Source of the DNA: a virus | Lineage: Duplodnaviria > Caudoviricetes | Length of the DNA: 32,804 nt | Reading direction: 5' to 3' (one strand) | Virus record (IMG/VR): IMGVR_UViG_3300037762_000215 | Coordinates: 1 to 32,804 of that record | Notes under the pieces: model-generated | Told to the model about the DNA's origin: nothing | Seen by the model: the letters and a program-made list of their open reading frames with translations, nothing else | The model's database searches: none | Translations under genes and position numbers: made by a program | Shown here: positions 32,737 to 32,804 of the stretch, one piece after another | How positions within the stretch are numbered: the stretch's first letter is position 1 | How the letters are laid out: every line of letters begins with the position of its first letter

Positions 32737-32804
32737 TCGAGCCCGCAGACAGCCAGGCGCTTGGCCCGCACGCCGACGGCTTTGATTTCGCCTGCGGCGT
32801 GCAG
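32733..32804 (-). CDS. 3' end of an upstream gene (partial)
   Basis: Open frame LHAAGEIKAVGVRAKRLAVCGLE* ending in an ATGA overlap with the methyltransferase. Confidence 0.5.
   Translation of the reverse strand: MHAAGEIKAVGVRAKRLAVCGLE

Larger units (their letters stand above)
1..32804. mobile_element. Temperate actinobacteriophage (siphovirus, probably Streptomyces) genome segment
   Basis: Continuous phage gene order (connectors, tail, lysis, integrase, CI/Cro, replication, HNH) with no host housekeeping genes. Confidence 0.95.

Overview
About 33 kb of a high-GC temperate siphovirus genome, most likely infecting Streptomyces (inferred from the endolysin type, codon usage and gene families). 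Nearly all genes are on the minus strand. In the direction of transcription (right to left) the order is: (1) the end of a head-region sugar-modification cluster (SAM methyltransferase, glycosyltransferase); (2) head-tail connectors; (3) major tail protein, frameshifting tail chaperones, tape measure and tail-tip genes, one carrying a PhoD-type phosphatase domain; (4) amidase endolysin and two holin-like genes; (5) a small secreted Cys/Pro peptide; (6) an accessory cassette of an XRE-HTH/helical-repeat regulator, a Prim-Pol-like protein, three Cys/His microproteins, a radical SAM enzyme with a C-x-P repeat tail and an APH-family kinase; (7) an apparently intact attP and a large serine integrase; (8) a divergent CI/Cro switch; (9) early genes, including a wHTH replication initiator with an internal origin-like region, two LuxR-HTH proteins and a WDGH/NDT-like fusion; (10) a lipoprotein and an HNH endonuclease near the probable genome end. 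The best candidates for new biology are the radical SAM/kinase cassette, the secreted peptide plus regulator pair, the PhoD-bearing tail protein and the head-region glycosylation genes. All calls come from reading motifs by eye; no database searches were run.
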